A stretch of 64,000 nucleotides of DNA, taken from Tricharina praecox. Taxonomy: Eukaryota. Position 1 is the stretch's first letter, and the number at the start of each line of letters is the position of its first letter. Below are positions 12,450-26,331 of this stretch, piece after piece. The position numbers and the translations under genes are program-made. Below the pieces are notes generated by a model. The model saw nothing but the letters and a program-made list of their open reading frames with translations. It ran no database searches and was not told the DNA's origin. The stretch spans positions 558,001 to 622,000 of the forward strand of contig NW_026250423.1 of NCBI RefSeq assembly GCF_024521635.1, written 5' to 3'.

Positions 12450-13225
12450 TGCTTAACCGTCTCCAATATATGGCCTTGAGCATCTCAATATTCCGGCACA
12501 TTGTTGCCCATAAACACGCCATCCGGCCAAACCATTTTACGCACAACAGGGACCGCCGTCTGTGATCTACGACTTGCTTAAGCTTTAGCTACTGGTCTTC
12601 CAAAAGACCAGTACCTTGACGAGGGCACAAGACCGAGAGTTCCTTTTCGGACGATTAGACAATGCAGCGCCTGATTGTAGCTGTTGATTGCGCCTTTGTG
12701 CGTTTGCGTAACCCTCTCCAATGTATGGCCTCTAGCCCCTCAATATTCCAGCACATCATTGCCTATAAACACTCTATCCGGCAAACCCATTTACGCACAA
12801 CAGGGACCCCAGTCTATAACTGCCGACTGGCTTAAAATTTAGCGACTGGTGACTGGTCTTCCAACAAATCTGTACCTTGACGAGGTCACAAGTCCGGGAG
12901 TTCCTTTCCGGACGATTAGACAATGCACTGCTTGACTGTGGTTGTCGAGTGCGCCTTCATGATCTTGCTTAACCCTCTCCAATATGTATCCATGAGCTTC
13001 TGAATATTGCGGCACATCGATGCCTACTCCCCATAAACACCCCATCCGGCAAACCCATGTTACGCCCAGCAGTGACCACAGTCTGTAATCTCCGACTGGC
13101 TTACGGTTTAGCTACTTGTCTTCCAACAAATCGGTACCATTACGAGGCCACTAGACCGAGACTTCGTTTTCGGACGATTAGACAATGCACTACTTGACTG
13201 TACTTCTCGAGTGCGCCTTCATGAT
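12450..13225. repeat. Three diverged tandem copies of a unit of about 260 bp
   Basis: GGACGATTAGACAATGCA at about 12649, 12910 and 13172; TAACC(G/C)TCTCCAAT at about 12453, 12709 and 12970. Confidence 0.88.
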
Positions 13226-13445
13226 TGATAGTCGCACAAGCAGCACGTGTTAGAGTAGTTACTAATAGTATAGTAGCACAGGACATGCCTGCAATTTTAC
13301 GCCCTCCTTGGCAACCCGTCCATTGCACCTCCCACGCGTCCCTCACGAAGCTCCGTCACGTCGTCCCACATCCTACTCCCCGCACGCATCACTACCAGCA
13401 TCAACACCAGCACCCCTCCACCACCCCTCACCACCCTTCCTCACG

Positions 13446-14013
13446 ATGTCGGTAACACTACACACAACCCACGGCCCCCTCAAGCTCGAGCTATACTGCG
13501 AAGCATGTCCCAAGACGTGCGAGAACTTTCTCGCGCTGTGCGCCTCCGGTTACTACGACGACGTGCCTTTCCACCGGAACCTCGCTGGGTTCATCGTGCA
13601 GACAGGGGACGGCGAGCTCAAGACCGGAAAGGGCGGGAAGAGCATCTGGGGAGGATTGTTCGAAGACGAGATATCCCCCGCACTGAGGCATAACGCGAGG
13701 GGGGTGGTTAGTATGGCGAATAAGGGCGAGGGGACCAATGGCAGTCAGTTTTTTGTTTGTTATGCCCCACAGGTACATCTGGATGGGAGGAATACGGTTT
13801 TTGCGAAGGTGAGTGGAAAAGGGGCGGGGTGGATGTGGGTGTCTTAGGAGGTTGGGTGTTAATGTGTGATAGGTCATCGAGTATGCGGATACGACGCTCA
13901 ATAAGATCGAGGAGGTCAAGGTCGATAAGAAGAATCGCCCCAAGGTGCCGGTGCGCATACAGCGCGTCACCATACATGCAAACCCGTTGGCCGAGATGGA
14001 TCCGGGCGAGTGA
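13446..14013 (+). CDS. cyp10: Cyclophilin-type peptidyl-prolyl isomerase-like 3 (Cyp10/PPIL3)
   Basis: MSVTLHTTHG...PKTCENFLALCASGYY...FHRN...GTNGSQFF. Intron 13809-13872. Last exon ends VTIHANPLAEMDPGE*. Confidence 0.93.
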
Positions 14014-14202
14014 ATGGGATGGAACGGATGTTTGTACATTTCACATCATTTACGGCGTTTGAACTTTGGGTTGTTACAGCATTACTAGTATATTGATGGC
14101 TCTCATACCAGCCACCTCCGCACTGCATTCCCATCCACCGCGTCCCACCTCCATACCACCTCACCAACAAAACTCCCACTCACACTCCCCCCTCAACGAG
14201 CT

Positions 14203-14831
14203 CTACGCGCTCTGAGGATACCTACACTCCGTCGCCTTACCAACAGTCAAACTAACCCTACTGCACCCCTCCGTCTTCGCCAGGGTACCATTTCCATCCC
14301 AATTGATCTTCCAACTTCCCGACGCCTCCGTCTCGGGGGACTTACAGGCGACCCACATCTCAGCGGGCCCGCTGCCAGTGTCGAGCTGAAACTTCCCGTC
14401 CCAGCTGCCGAAGCCAACTGTCTGCGCGCCCGCAGGGATCGACGCAGAGTGCGGCGTCGTAAACGCCAGCGGCGCGCTCGCGTTCGCGAATACGTACAGT
14501 GTGCGCCACCCCGTCGGCGTCGCGTGGAACGACGTGAAGGAGATACCGTAGCTGGGGGAGCCGCCGGATACTATATGCGTTGGCCTGTTAGATAAGAGAC
14601 AGAGGAGGGGAGGGGCAGGGGGGACATACGCAGCAGAGGCTCTGAGGACGAAGCGTATTTCACGTTGCCGACATAGGCGTTGCCGCCGGAGAACATCACG
14701 TTGTTCCAGACCAGACCGTCGAGGCCGTCGGTGCTGCTGCTTAGGTCGAACAGGGCCGGCGTGTCGTCGGCGTGCACGGCCGAGGGCGCGAGGAGGACGA
14801 TGGCGGAGAGGAGGAGGGTAGTGAACTTCAT
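14203..14831 (-). CDS. Small secreted protein, PhiA/'IgE-binding protein'-like cell wall family
   Basis: Signal peptide MKFTTLLLSAIVLLAPSAVHA. Intron 14571-14629. Motif 'PTGWRTLYV...LAFTTPHSASIPAGA' and a C-terminal cysteine pair. Confidence 0.72.
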
Positions 14832-15609
14832 TGTTGATGGATTGGTAGTGGTGTTGATGAGTGTGTAAAGAAGTTGATGCGCTGCTGGCTGGTGAGTGGA
14901 AGTCTGGAGAGCAGGAGGGGGCGGGTTTATATCCTCTTCTACGGAATGGGGGAGACAATCTACACGACACACTGCTGGCCGACGTGATGGATCATGGATG
15001 TACCTTCCCGCTCTCATCCGCCATCGATCCGCCATCGCCACCCGAGCTCGGAGTTTTACCGGCGCATGTGCTCTGCCAGGTAGGTACCCAATTGACTTCA
15101 AAGTGGTATCACGATCAGGGCCATGGGCTCTGTAGACTACGGGTTTCGGGGCCTGTGGACTGTAGGACACTGTACTCTACACAACGGCCAGCGACGTCAT
15201 TACAGCGGAGAATCCGCTTAATCGGGAAATAACGTTGCGGGTCCGGAAGACTGCGGATGAGTGCGTATATCTATCACCCTGACACCCTAATCGCAAGGTT
15301 CAATTTAGAGCTCTGCGGGAAATTGCCGGCCGAGCCGGAGCTCAGCTACCCAGGAACAGCCCGAATCCAGCTGGGAGACCCCCGGACGCCTATGTACAGC
15401 TAACTAGCGGAGCGAAGAAGAGGTGCCGTGAACGCCGTGTGGACATACCCTAAGACAGCCCACATGTCGATCTCCCGCCCAGATCCGTGGATGAATGTAC
15501 GATTTACGATTTACGTCCTGCTTTCGACGGCAATGAGGTAACCATCTCATCGAGATGTGTCCTTGTCCAGCGATTCAGCCAGTTGATCTAGATCCGCAGC
15601 TCCAACTAT

Positions 15610-17082
15610 CTACAAGCCCTCGCCGGGTGTATATACCTCTTCCGCCTTCCGCGTAACCATACTCCAGATCCCCGGCAAGAAAACCCCCTCCTCAACCGCC
15701 TCCTCGAGCACCTCCCTCGCGCCTCTATCCCCCTCCCTAATCCCGCCCGCCTCTTCCACCCCATCCTCGACCCTAACGGCCAACTCCTTCACCTCCGCCT
15801 CCCTCTTTGTCTTACCCTCCCTCTCGCCCACGAGCCTGACCGCCCCACGATAAAACACGCCCGCATTCCTGCGCAGCACCGCTCTGGTCTCGGGAGTACA
15901 CGCCTCAGTCCGGCTGCGAAGCAGCTCCGTATCGCCGCGCGCCACATGTATCCGCGCGGTCTTCCCGCCGTCGAGGCTGGCGGCTGCGGCAAGGGCCTGC
16001 GAAGACAGGGCGTAGTGTCGCCAGGCCGCGGCGGGGACCGTCGAAGCGAGGGATATGTGGCAGTCTGATTTCGCGCAGAGCGCTTCTGGGGAGTGCGGCC
16101 ACGGCCAGGTGGGTGAGAAGGCGCTGGTTAGGGTGGATTCCCAGGTGCTGAGGCTGGAGGGGGAGGGCGAGACGCGGTGCGCAGATTCGGCGATCGCGCA
16201 TTGTGTGACTGCCGAGGCGATGGAGAGCTCGGTTTGCCGCGAGGGGAGGGAGGCGTGCAGTAAGTGGAGTTGTTGTAACAGCTCCGACGCTGATGCAGCT
16301 GCTTTGCGCGGATCGGGCAGCAGCGGTAGCAGTGTGCTCAGCGTCTTTAGCAGTTCCACGAGGGTGTCCGCAATCACGCCCTCTGTCACAGGCTCTTGGA
16401 TAACCGCGTACTCCTCCCCCTCCTCCCTCCTCTCCTCGCCCAGCTCCACCCCGCCCATCTCCATATCCTCATCCTCATCCTCCCCCGTCCCGTCCCCCGC
16501 CCCCATCCCAATCCCCATCCTCATCCCCATCCCCTGCCCAACCAGCGCAGGCTCACTGTAGCTCTCAAACACCCCCCTCTGCCATCTTAAACACTCAGCG
16601 AACATATCCCTCGCCTTGAGCAGATGCGCGACCGCCTCCCCCGCCTCCCCCCCATCCCCGCTACCCCCCCTCTCCAGCACCTCCGCAACAGCCGTATGCA
16701 CCTGCGCAGTATTAAACAAGACATCGACCCTGCCGCCCCCGTCCCTGGCCAACTCCAGCGCACGATAGTGCGCCTGTAGCACACCCTGCCACTCTTTTTT
16801 TCCCACCCCACCCCCCACCCCCTCCCCCACCCCCCCCTCAACTTCAGCAATCCTAAACCTTACCCGCGCAAGATTATACGCCGCGTCAAAATCCAGTGCC
16901 AGGTTGAGAGAGCTCTCATACGCCTCCGCAGCGCGCACCCAGAAGCGCAGCGCCTTTTTGGCGTCGCCGGCGCTCCACCGGTCGCCGGCTTCTTCGTACT
17001 CGATTGCGGCGCTGAAGAACTCGGCCGAGGTCGTGGGGACTTGGCGCCGCTTGGAGTGGGTGTGGTATTTTTTTGGGGGCAT
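15610..17082 (-). CDS. Conserved fungal TPR-like helical protein (UPF0656-like)
   Basis: 490-aa single ORF. N-terminal 'EEAGDRWSAGDAKKALRF...FDAAYNLAR' and 'DVLFNTAQV' recalled from this family; family name from memory. Confidence 0.7.
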   Translation of the reverse strand: MPPKKYHTHSKRRQVPTTSAEFFSAAIEYEEAGDRWSAGDAKKALRFWVRAAEAYESSLNLALDFDAAYNLARVRFRIAEVEGGVGEGVGGGVGKKEWQGVLQAHYRALELARDGGGRVDVLFNTAQVHTAVAEVLERGGSGDGGEAGEAVAHLLKARDMFAECLRWQRGVFESYSEPALVGQGMGMRMGIGMGAGDGTGEDEDEDMEMGGVELGEERREEGEEYAVIQEPVTEGVIADTLVELLKTLSTLLPLLPDPRKAAASASELLQQLHLLHASLPSRQTELSIASAVTQCAIAESAHRVSPSPSSLSTWESTLTSAFSPTWPWPHSPEALCAKSDCHISLASTVPAAAWRHYALSSQALAAAASLDGGKTARIHVARGDTELLRSRTEACTPETRAVLRRNAGVFYRGAVRLVGEREGKTKREAEVKELAVRVEDGVEEAGGIREGDRGAREVLEEAVEEGVFLPGIWSMVTRKAEEVYTPGEGL

Positions 17083-18287
17083 GGTGTGCTGGTGCTGGTG
17101 CTGGTGGTGGCGGTGGTGGTGGTGAGGGGGGGGGGAGGGGGTGCGATCTGGGGGGCGGGCGGTGGGTGGGCCGTGGGTGGTGAGTGGAATTGAGTTGCAG
17201 AGGTGGAGAGTTGAGAGTTGGTGGAAAGTCTGCCCTACAGGAGTGCCCTAGTGGAATGCGGGGTGGTGAATCGTGATGACATCGACTTTTGACTTTCGAT
17301 TCTGCAGGTGTGTATAAGCAGCAGCTCACGCTCAAAATCTTGTACATATGCATTATGTATTCAGCCTCCTCAACTTCCTCAATTCCCGCTGGCACTTCCT
17401 AAGTTCCCCATTCTTTCTCTATCCACCGTAACGGCCAGCCAACCCAATGTTATTCCAGATACCACTACAGTTCGAGTTTGAGTCCCCCATTCAAGCCCTC
17501 ATTCAAGCCACATCTTCATCTTCCAAGTCTACACCAACGCTCCCCACCACGCTCCCCACCACGAACTATTTCCACGGAACAGAATTTCAGCAACCCGCCC
17601 AAATCCCCAACCTGCCCAACACACCCAAATCCCCAACCCGCCCAATCCCAACATTCCCCAAGCAAAGAACACAGAAAGAAGGGGTATAAACACGCACTCC
17701 ACAACAGCAGAAGCAGCCGCGTCAGAAAGAAAGAAAGAAAAACTGAAGGCAATTAATAACCAGCCCATAAAAATCAAATACAACCACAACCACAACCACA
17801 ACCTCCCACCCTGCCACCCTGCGCACATGGGGTATTGAAAGAAGAAAAAAAAAATGCACATAACCCCCTCAATCACCATCACCATCACCGTCAAAAAAAC
17901 CATCCATGAAAAATCGGCAGCGCCTCCAGCAGCTCGCTCAAACAGGATGACATAAAAAAACAGAAAAAAAGCCGGCCAATCCCATCCCATCCCATCAGAA
18001 AGAAGAGAAGAGAATAAGAATGAATGAATGGGAACCAAGGGGAGGAGGGGAGTAATGAAGAAAACAATATAAAACTCCATAAAAAAACCAAAGGAGCAGA
18101 GCAGGTGGAATATTCACAGAGGCCGAAACGAAAAGCGAAAGCGAAAGGGAAAACACCGTCATTAGAAACAGAAAAATCATTAGTTTGAGAAAAACGATTG
18201 CGCGCAAAAGCGAAAAAGCGAAAAAGCGAGAGAAAAAAAAAAGTGAATAGAAAAAAGAAGAAAAAAGGTGTCCGGTTAAGGTTAAGG

Positions 18288-20492
18288 TTAACGTCGCGGT
18301 ACGTTCAGATCATCCTTGAACCGACTGGAGCTCTTTTCACCGAGGCGGCGACCTGGGTATGCTTCAGCTCGCGGATCGCCATAGTGACTGTCGTCGAGGT
18401 TCTGGCTGCGCTGGGAGGAGGAGGATTCATACTCAGGTGCCACTTCATTCTCGATCGTTTTCTGCCAGTGGTCGGGAAGACAGACGCAGACGAGCGGGAA
18501 CGCTTTGATCTCGCCGTCGACGTCGGGAGAGGATGGGTCGCGGCGGTGCGAGCCGTGCGATGACCCGCCGCGGCGGTGCGAGTGCGATGCCGACACTCCG
18601 CTGTCCCGCATTTCGCGTCGTCGCCGGGACGCGTCTTCGGCGCGGTCGGGGAGGAAAATTCCGGTTGCCCAGCCTAGAAACGTCAGTAAACCCCCCACAT
18701 CCTCAGACAAAACAATATAACTCACCATCATCCCAAATTCCAACCACCTTCAACATATCACCCCGCTCGAGCTCGAATTCATCCGGCGCGCGCGGTGCAT
18801 ACGCCCACAGCACAGAGACCTTATCGCCGGGATGGATATCTTCGTTAGAGTAGTAATCCCTAAAGTACGGCAGCTGTTCCGAAGTCGAGCCCGAAAACCG
18901 TCTCGATCCCTTCTCACTCGATGCAACCAGGGATGTCAGGCCTCCCTCAGACATGAGGACCGACGAGCTGGACAACGACGCATTCCGTCCACGCGGCGGG
19001 GGATGCAGCGGTCTATGCTGTGGCGATCGATCCCGACGGGATATTGGGCTGTCCTGGAGTCCGAATTCGGACGACGAGGATGATTCAGCGCCAATGATTG
19101 CGCGCGAGATGTGCGGTGGTGCCGCGCTACCGGCTGAAGAAGCAATATCGATCCGAGAAGTGCTCTCCTCAAGAGCCGACATGCGGGCGACGCGACTTCC
19201 AGTAAGCGCTTCGTACCCGTGGCCGGTTTGTACTGGGCCCACCGTGGTGAAGGTCATGGACGGTGGTCCACGCGCGGGGTGATTGAAGATGGGAGTTTGA
19301 TTTCCGTACCGGTTCCGACGCCTCCACCAGAAGAGCAACGCGAACACGAGAAACCCCACACCGACCAACGCTCCAATTGTGATCCCCGCAATGACGCCGC
19401 CGCTCAACTCATCGTCGTCACTACCCGAGGCTGAAGACGTCGATGTTGCTGTCGTTGTCGTGGTGGCTGTGGTGATTGGCGGCAGGTTCGTAAACGTTGG
19501 CAGAACCAGCCCAGCGCATTTCGTTTCGGCGCCCGAGGAATAACAGCAAGTATCCGTAGAATTCGGCGAATTTTCGGCGCAATACAGACACAATCCCAAG
19601 AGATTATCCCTTCGCATGGAAATTAGCGACGATCGCCCCGTAGCATGTACCGAACCAGCATACCTGAAACCACAATTCTCATACTCGTTGTCGGACCCCA
19701 GGATACAAGACTGATCCAGAGAATCGGGGGGCGAGCAGATTGTGTAATCGGAGAAGACGATGCTGAAGGCATCGTCCCTTGCGTTCGAGCACGTGTCTGG
19801 GTTCGACACGATCATCTGTTCACTCCTCCCGAACTGGGCCTACACAAATCATCAGACGCGGAACCCACATCGAATCACGGGACACAAAAACATACACAAG
19901 ATTCGGCACAGAGCGGCTTAGCAGTTTCGTCCGTCAGCCCGCAGTCCGTCCTCGAGTCTTGTATCATCCTCGAGCAGAGAACCGTCGACGTGAAGCGAGC
20001 ATAGTACTCGTCCGTATTCGGTAACGACGTCGTGACATTGTCGCATCCGAACAGTAGTCCAAACCTATCCTCGCCGGCGGCAATCAGCAAACCCGTCCCC
20101 CCTCATCACTCCGCAAGGCATCAACTAACTTGCTCGTAACGTATTCCTCTTTCGTGAAGGTCTCGAACTTTTCATCGAAGTGGGTAAGGTTGGAGACAAA
20201 TCTCAGGAATGGGCTGTAACACATCCACAAATCAGAATCCCTCTCCTCTGCACTCGGGCTCGATCCAATCTCACAATTGACCCGTAAGTGCGTCCCCCGT
20301 CGAAATCTGCGACTTCCCAAAGGCAGAGCACATTGTCGATCCGGCGAGCGGTATGCATGCGGCAGCAGCCAACGACGACGCCGGCAACAGTATCACGGCC
20401 ATTCCCATCGCGCCGACGACCCCGATCCCGCCCCTCCTCTTGCTCCTCCTACCCCCTCCTCCCCATCCCCCTCCTCCTCCTCTCCTGCTCAT
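18288..20492 (-). CDS. Single-pass membrane protein with Cys-rich ectodomain and C-terminal SH3 domain
   Basis: Signal-like hydrophobic stretch, Cys-rich exons, S/T stalk, TM 'VIAGITIGALVGVGFLVFALLFWW' followed by RRRR. SH3 'VLWAYAPRAPDEFELERGDMLKVVGIWDDG|WATG'. About 4 introns. Start could be 20615. Confidence 0.85.
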
Positions 20493-23179
20493 GGTGACTT
20501 GCTGTGGCTGTGGTTGTGGTTGTGGACGAGATGTCGAAGTCGAAGTCGAAGCCGCAATCAAAACTGCATGGCGATCCTTGTTGTTGTTCTTAATACTGGA
20601 GGTACTGGCCGTCATCGACCGCGTTCGTCCGTCCCTCGGTCCGTCCGTCCCTCCCCAGGTTTTGTATTGTATTTTGCCGGTTCGTGTTATCGTCGTTTAT
20701 GCTGACTGCTGGAAGCTGAAAGAACTGCACTGTGCTGGACTGCACTGGACTGCACTGGACTAAGGAGCGACTATGAATGACGGGGTACCCGAACGAACTG
20801 TCTAATCGGAACTTTTCTATCGCTGGGCTGGCTGGCTGGCTGGCTGACTGGCTGAATGGTGAAGGAGTGTGGTGAGTGTAGGTAGCACTGTAGCTTGCAA
20901 ACAGGAGAAGCGAGCGAAGAGAGCGTGCGTGGTGGTGGTGGTGGTGGTGGTGGTGTGTACTCTATGTGTGAGTGTGAGTGCTCTGATCTCCTCGCTCCTT
21001 CCTTCCTTCCTCTCCTCCCCCTCGTCCACCTCCCTCCCTCGTCTCCCCCCGTCTCCCTCCATGCCTCCATGCTACTCTAGGTACTCTAGTTAGTTAGCGG
21101 AGCGGACCCGGCATGACAGGGGTGGGTGCAGCCAGCGCTCGTTATGGTTCCTGGTTCCTGCATTCGCACTCATTTTAATTTCTTGCGAGGCGAAGAAGAA
21201 GAAGAAGCAACCAGCAACCAACCCAGCACTCCACCTCTCTACTCTGCACAGTCGGCCCAATCGTGGCGGCGTGATATGGGGGCATATGGACGTCAGCCAG
21301 TGGATAACCTCCATTTCGCGATGATGATGCAGTATGTGCTCTTTCAATAACCTGCACTGCAGAAGAGTGGAGTGGACGCGATTCTATTTGCCGCGCGCGC
21401 AGAATTGTGTACTCAGAGTACCCGGGTCGCTGGGCGATGGATCCCTCGTGAGTCGTTGGTCCGCGAGGCCATTGTGGGGAGATGCACGAGTGGCTGGTAT
21501 CAGCTTGGGCGACCAACCCTCTGTCTCCGCGACCGGAGACTCGTACTCACTATTCTGCATAGGTACGACAGGGCATCGTATATCACTCGTCTTCACCCGC
21601 CCGCACTTCCAAGTTCCGTTCCCGAGCGAGCGATCTCTCGTCAGACTCCTGACGGCAGGCAGGATACCTAGAGTAGAGTACGCGGGTTATGATCCGTAGA
21701 GGTCGCACTCTATATTTACCAGTACTATGAAGAATAGGAAGTAGGAGGAGGCAAACAAGCGATCAGGAATCAAGATCTCAGCCCTTCTCAGCCGAGCATC
21801 CTGCCTACTCTATGGAGCAGATACGACCTGAAGGCCGTAGCCCGTCCCACAAACGAGCTTGATCCACAGCCGAGCTTGATTCACACAAAGCATCGTGATA
21901 CCTACCGTAAGAACACACCCGTATGATGTACCGGTATCATGTAAGCATGCCATGGCCATCCGCTGCCAGCCCAGCTAGCTCAGGAGGAGGAGGGCCAGAT
22001 GTAGATGCCACATAGTACCTAAACAAGCCATGGCCATATTCAGGTACTGAGACCTATTCCTAGCTATTCCTGGTTATCCCGCGGTATTTTCGTCGTCAGC
22101 CTTCAGGCGGGCGGAAGCCAGCCCAGCCGAGCCAGCCCAGCCAGCCCAGCTCCTCCCCCTCACATGCATGGCATCAGGCTGAACGAGAAGGAAGGAAGGA
22201 AGTATCTCCGAGAGAGGCAGAAGCAAAGCGGAAGGAAGGGCTTGGGCTGCCGCTCTCCACACGCAGCGCCACGGGGCATCACTCCTCAAGTTCACCCCGG
22301 ATTCCGCGTTCTTGTTCCTCTTCCTGTTCCTGATCTCCCGGCTGGGGCGAGCATGCAGTGGGGAGGGGGAGATGTCCCCGCCAGTTCTTCTGGCTCCGAC
22401 GATCGTTCAGTGGCCACATCCATGGTCCGCCCTCCCATCCCTCCTTTTCCCCTAAGAACCACAGCCACAGCCCCATCCGGCGTCATCCATCCATCCATCC
22501 TTCCTGTCCAGACTCCAGACTCCAAACATTCACAAAACTCCGCAAGATATATACCATCCCTCAAACCTCAAACCTCGCAACTCGCAAGGAAGAGCTGGTA
22601 CAGTGGTACAGTGGTACTCGTCTCAACCGTAATCTCGCTACTCTACTTAGTCTGGTCGGTTCTTAGGGATGTGTGTGTAAGGATAGGAATTCATCCATCG
22701 AGTGATCATAATAGCTCGCTATTATATCGGCACCGACACCGACACCGATAAAGTGCTTACCAGCCCCACACACATGTGAATCTCCATCCTCACCGCGATC
22801 CTCACCGCAATCCCCACCGCAAATCAATTGATTTCAGTTTAAGCAATCGGAAGAAGAAGATGTATAAAAGGTAAAAGCAAGGTATATAACACGCACACAC
22901 TTCGCACACACTTCGCACATCGCAGTTCGCACGCACAAACTACCATATCCCCATCTTTCACCCATCCACCCACACACACACGCGCACACACACACACACA
23001 GCAAGTCCAGATCAAAAAGCTGTCTGTCCACCACCACACGCCTCAAACGAAACGCAGCAAAGCAAACAATACTCCCAACGCCAACCGCTCCACACCACGT
23101 AACGTAACGCACGTAAGTACCCGCCTTACCCACTTTCCAACCAACCAACCGCCCATCCACCCCTCCATCCGTCCGCCGC

Positions 23180-24141
23180 CTATAAAATAATACAGCTCTT
23201 CTTCTTCTTCCTCTTCCCGCCGATGCCGACGGCTGGCCCTTTGCCGTTGACCCCTATGGTCATGTCCATAGCGAGGTCGAACACCTCGTTTACGCCGACC
23301 ATCTCCTTGCTCGAGCACTCAGCGTAGGTGGCGTTCATGCGCTTCGCGACCTCGCTGCCTTGCGCCGCCGATACGGGCGTCATGCCGTGCGTGCGCAGGA
23401 GGTCGATCACGTTGCGGTTCTTGCGGAGATCCGTCTTCAGGCCTACGAGCACCACGGGCGTTTGCGGACAGAAGTGAAGGACTTCGGGATACCACTGTTA
23501 AGATCCCGTGGGTTAGCATGTGTCGTCGTCATCGAGGGGAGAGGGGGGAGGAATACCTTGTCGAGCACGTTCTCGAGCGAGTGGGGTGAGTCGACGGCGA
23601 AGCACACAAAGAGTACGTTGGTCTCGGGGTAGGATAGTGGACGTAGACGGTCGTACTCCTCCTGGCCGGCAGTGTCCCACAACGCCAGCTCGACGGTTTT
23701 CCCGGAGTTGGGGTGCACCTTGTGCGTGATGTAGTTCTCAAACACCGTCGGGACGTATTTCTAAGGCGACGCGAGGGGTTAGCTACGCTCGGACGGAAGT
23801 GAAGGGGATGGCGGCGGGGAGAGGGGGGAGGGGGGCTGGGGTCCGTACCTCGGGGAAAATCCCTTGCGAGTATGCAATCAGCAAACAGGTCTTTCCGCAA
23901 CCTCCATCGCCGACGACGACGAGCTTTTTCGAGTACGCGGGGGTGGGGCCGGGTGTAGTGGCTCCTGTGGAACGGGTAGCACGTGTGTTTACGGTGGAGG
24001 TGCCGGACTCCATACTGACGGGAGTGGAGCTTTTCAAGCTGACGGGAGTGGAGCTGTTGTCTGTGAGCGGGATGCTGTTTGCACTGTTGCTTGAAACGAA
24101 ACGCGAACGTACACTCTGGAGATGGTCGATGCTCTTCTCAT
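23180..24141 (-). CDS. RHO4: Rho-family GTPase Rho4
   Basis: [50 protein letters not shown] box KKKKSCIIL. Introns 23761-23848 and 23495-23556. Start at 24141 needs a further short intron; an alternative Met lies near 24013. Confidence 0.9.
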
Positions 24142-25383
24142 GACAGGTGTCTTAGATCGGATGCAGAACGATCGTTTCGTAGCAGTGCTCTGAGGATGCT
24201 TGGACCGATCAATTCCGCGAACGAGTGACTGGTGTTGTTATTTCTTTCGCAGCTGTCGGATATAGCGACCACAAACAGCGATGTGTTTTCTCGGGAATTG
24301 CGGCGATAAATGACAGCGAGATGGTTGGTTGTAGTTGTGGAGGAGGAGGCGGAGGGGGGTGTTTCTTGTTTGGTGAGCGAGTGGTGGTGAGTGAGCGAGC
24401 GCGAGTGTAAGTGGTGTGTGTGTTATGAAGTGGGAGTGGTGACGTTTTTGAAGTGCTGGCAGATGCGTCCACTGGTTGGCGCATCACCACAGCAACCAAC
24501 CCGACACAACCTTCCTTCCAACTCTAAACACAGGCAGCAGCCCGCAGGCAACAAGCAGCAAAAACATCCCCCCCCCTTCTTTCCCTTCTTCTCGCTCTCG
24601 CCTTTCTCTTCCCGACTCGGCTTCGGAAGCGAGTGCTGCATCTCCGCCCTCTGCTCGATCTACTTTTCTGGGGGGCGAGCGAGGCCCGTCTAACGCGACC
24701 AATCGGTCCGGTCCGCCTCCCCCTTAAACGACAACGGCTAGTATTCCGTGCAGCGTGCTCCCCAAGAGCAAATGAAGCTGCTGGTTCCGGGCCGAGCTGA
24801 TCTTCGTTACTGCCCCCTTCCCTCACCGTATGTAAGATCTTCGCATATTCCCAGAGCTTAGATGGAATGTGTAATTGAAAGCTCCACCCGGCACCCTCAT
24901 CTATGCATACCTCCAGTTCATCAATTCCGCTGTTGCATAGGTACGAGCTCGAGTATAAAAGAATGAAGATAGCGCGCGTTATGTATCGGACGGCGCCAAA
25001 CGCCGCATCCGCCCCAACATGCACGCTGTTTGAGATGGCTGGTACGCAGGTGAGCGCGGGATCAAGCCTAGACTTGCCGCCGGTGAAAAAAATATGCTCC
25101 TTATTTCGTGATCTCCAACTTGCGGAGATGCTTTTCCGATAAAAGGCTTCACAGGAATTTCATAGGTATCCTTATGATCAATCGCAGTCGCAGTCGCGGC
25201 TCGGTGGTGATGGAGGAATTGAGTTAGATGCCTCTAGCGAGTTGGACGCGAAGGAGGTGGGAAGGAAGGGTTACACGTGCAGCCTGCAGCCCCACCAAAA
25301 AAAAAGTTCGCGAGACAGCCCACCTTAATCTCCCCACCACCATCACCACCTATACAACTCTCACACAACCACGACCACACACA

Positions 25384-26331
25384 ATGCCCAGTAACAAACG
25401 CAAGCAAGACCCCACTGACGATGGCGACATCACCATGGAATCCGCAGCGTCAGACAACGGGAACGACAGTGGCTCGGACGACGTACCTCTCCCCGTGCCC
25501 CACCATCTTACACGCACGCACTAACACATTCCGCAGGACATGGACATGGTGAACGTAGATTTCGAGATGTTCGACCCGCAGCCCGCGCACGATTTCCACG
25601 GGATCAAGAATCTTTTGCGGCAGCTATTCGACGCAGACTCGACACTATTCGACCTATCGTCGCTCACGGACCTGATCCTATCGCAGCCGCTCCTCGGCAC
25701 CACCGTCAAGACCGACGGCAACGAATCGGACCCGTTCGCCTTCCTGACCGTGATCAACCTGCACACGCACGCGGCGCACCCCGCGGTCGCCACGCTCGCA
25801 AACTACATCCTGAGCAAATCGGCCTCCAACTCGGCGCTGCGCACGAAGCTGGCAGGACTTCTCGCGCCGAGCAGCACAGCCCAGGTCGGACTGATCCTGA
25901 CTGAAAGGCTGATCAATATGCCCGTGCAGGTCATCCCGCCGATGTACAAGATGCTGCTGGAGGAGATCGAGTGGGCCCTGCAGGAGGGCGAGCCCTACAA
26001 CTTCTCGCACTTCATCGTGCTGTCGAAGAGCTACGTTGAGGTCGCGTCGAAGCTCGACGAGATGGAGGATCGCCCCAGTAAGAAGGGGAAGAAGCAGAAG
26101 AGGAAGGGGAAGAGTGAGATTTTCTATTACCATCCTGAGGATGAGACGATCCGTAGAAGGTGTGGCGAGGATAGCGTGGCGGATTTTAGGTTTGAGAAGG
26201 AGGGCGAGGTTGCGGATTCGAAGAGGGCGTTCAGCGATATGGGGATCAAGCCGCAAGGGCTCATGATGTGCGTGGAGAAAGACGGGTTCAAGACCATGCT
26301 GGAGGACTTGGAGGGACTGTTCAAGCCGTGA
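25384..26331 (+). CDS. BCP1: Bcp1/BCCIP protein
   Basis: 'VNVDFEMFDP...DFHGIKNLLRQLF', 'VGLILTERLINMP'. Intron 25483-25536. Confidence 0.93.

Noticed and set aside
12450..13225. CRISPR-like array
   Set aside because: Whole units are homologous with no unique spacers, and the context is eukaryotic with no cas genes.
17447..18290. Hydrophobic or lysine-rich ORFs (also 33237-33875 and 49076-49986)
   Set aside because: Products of low-complexity 3' UTR sequence.
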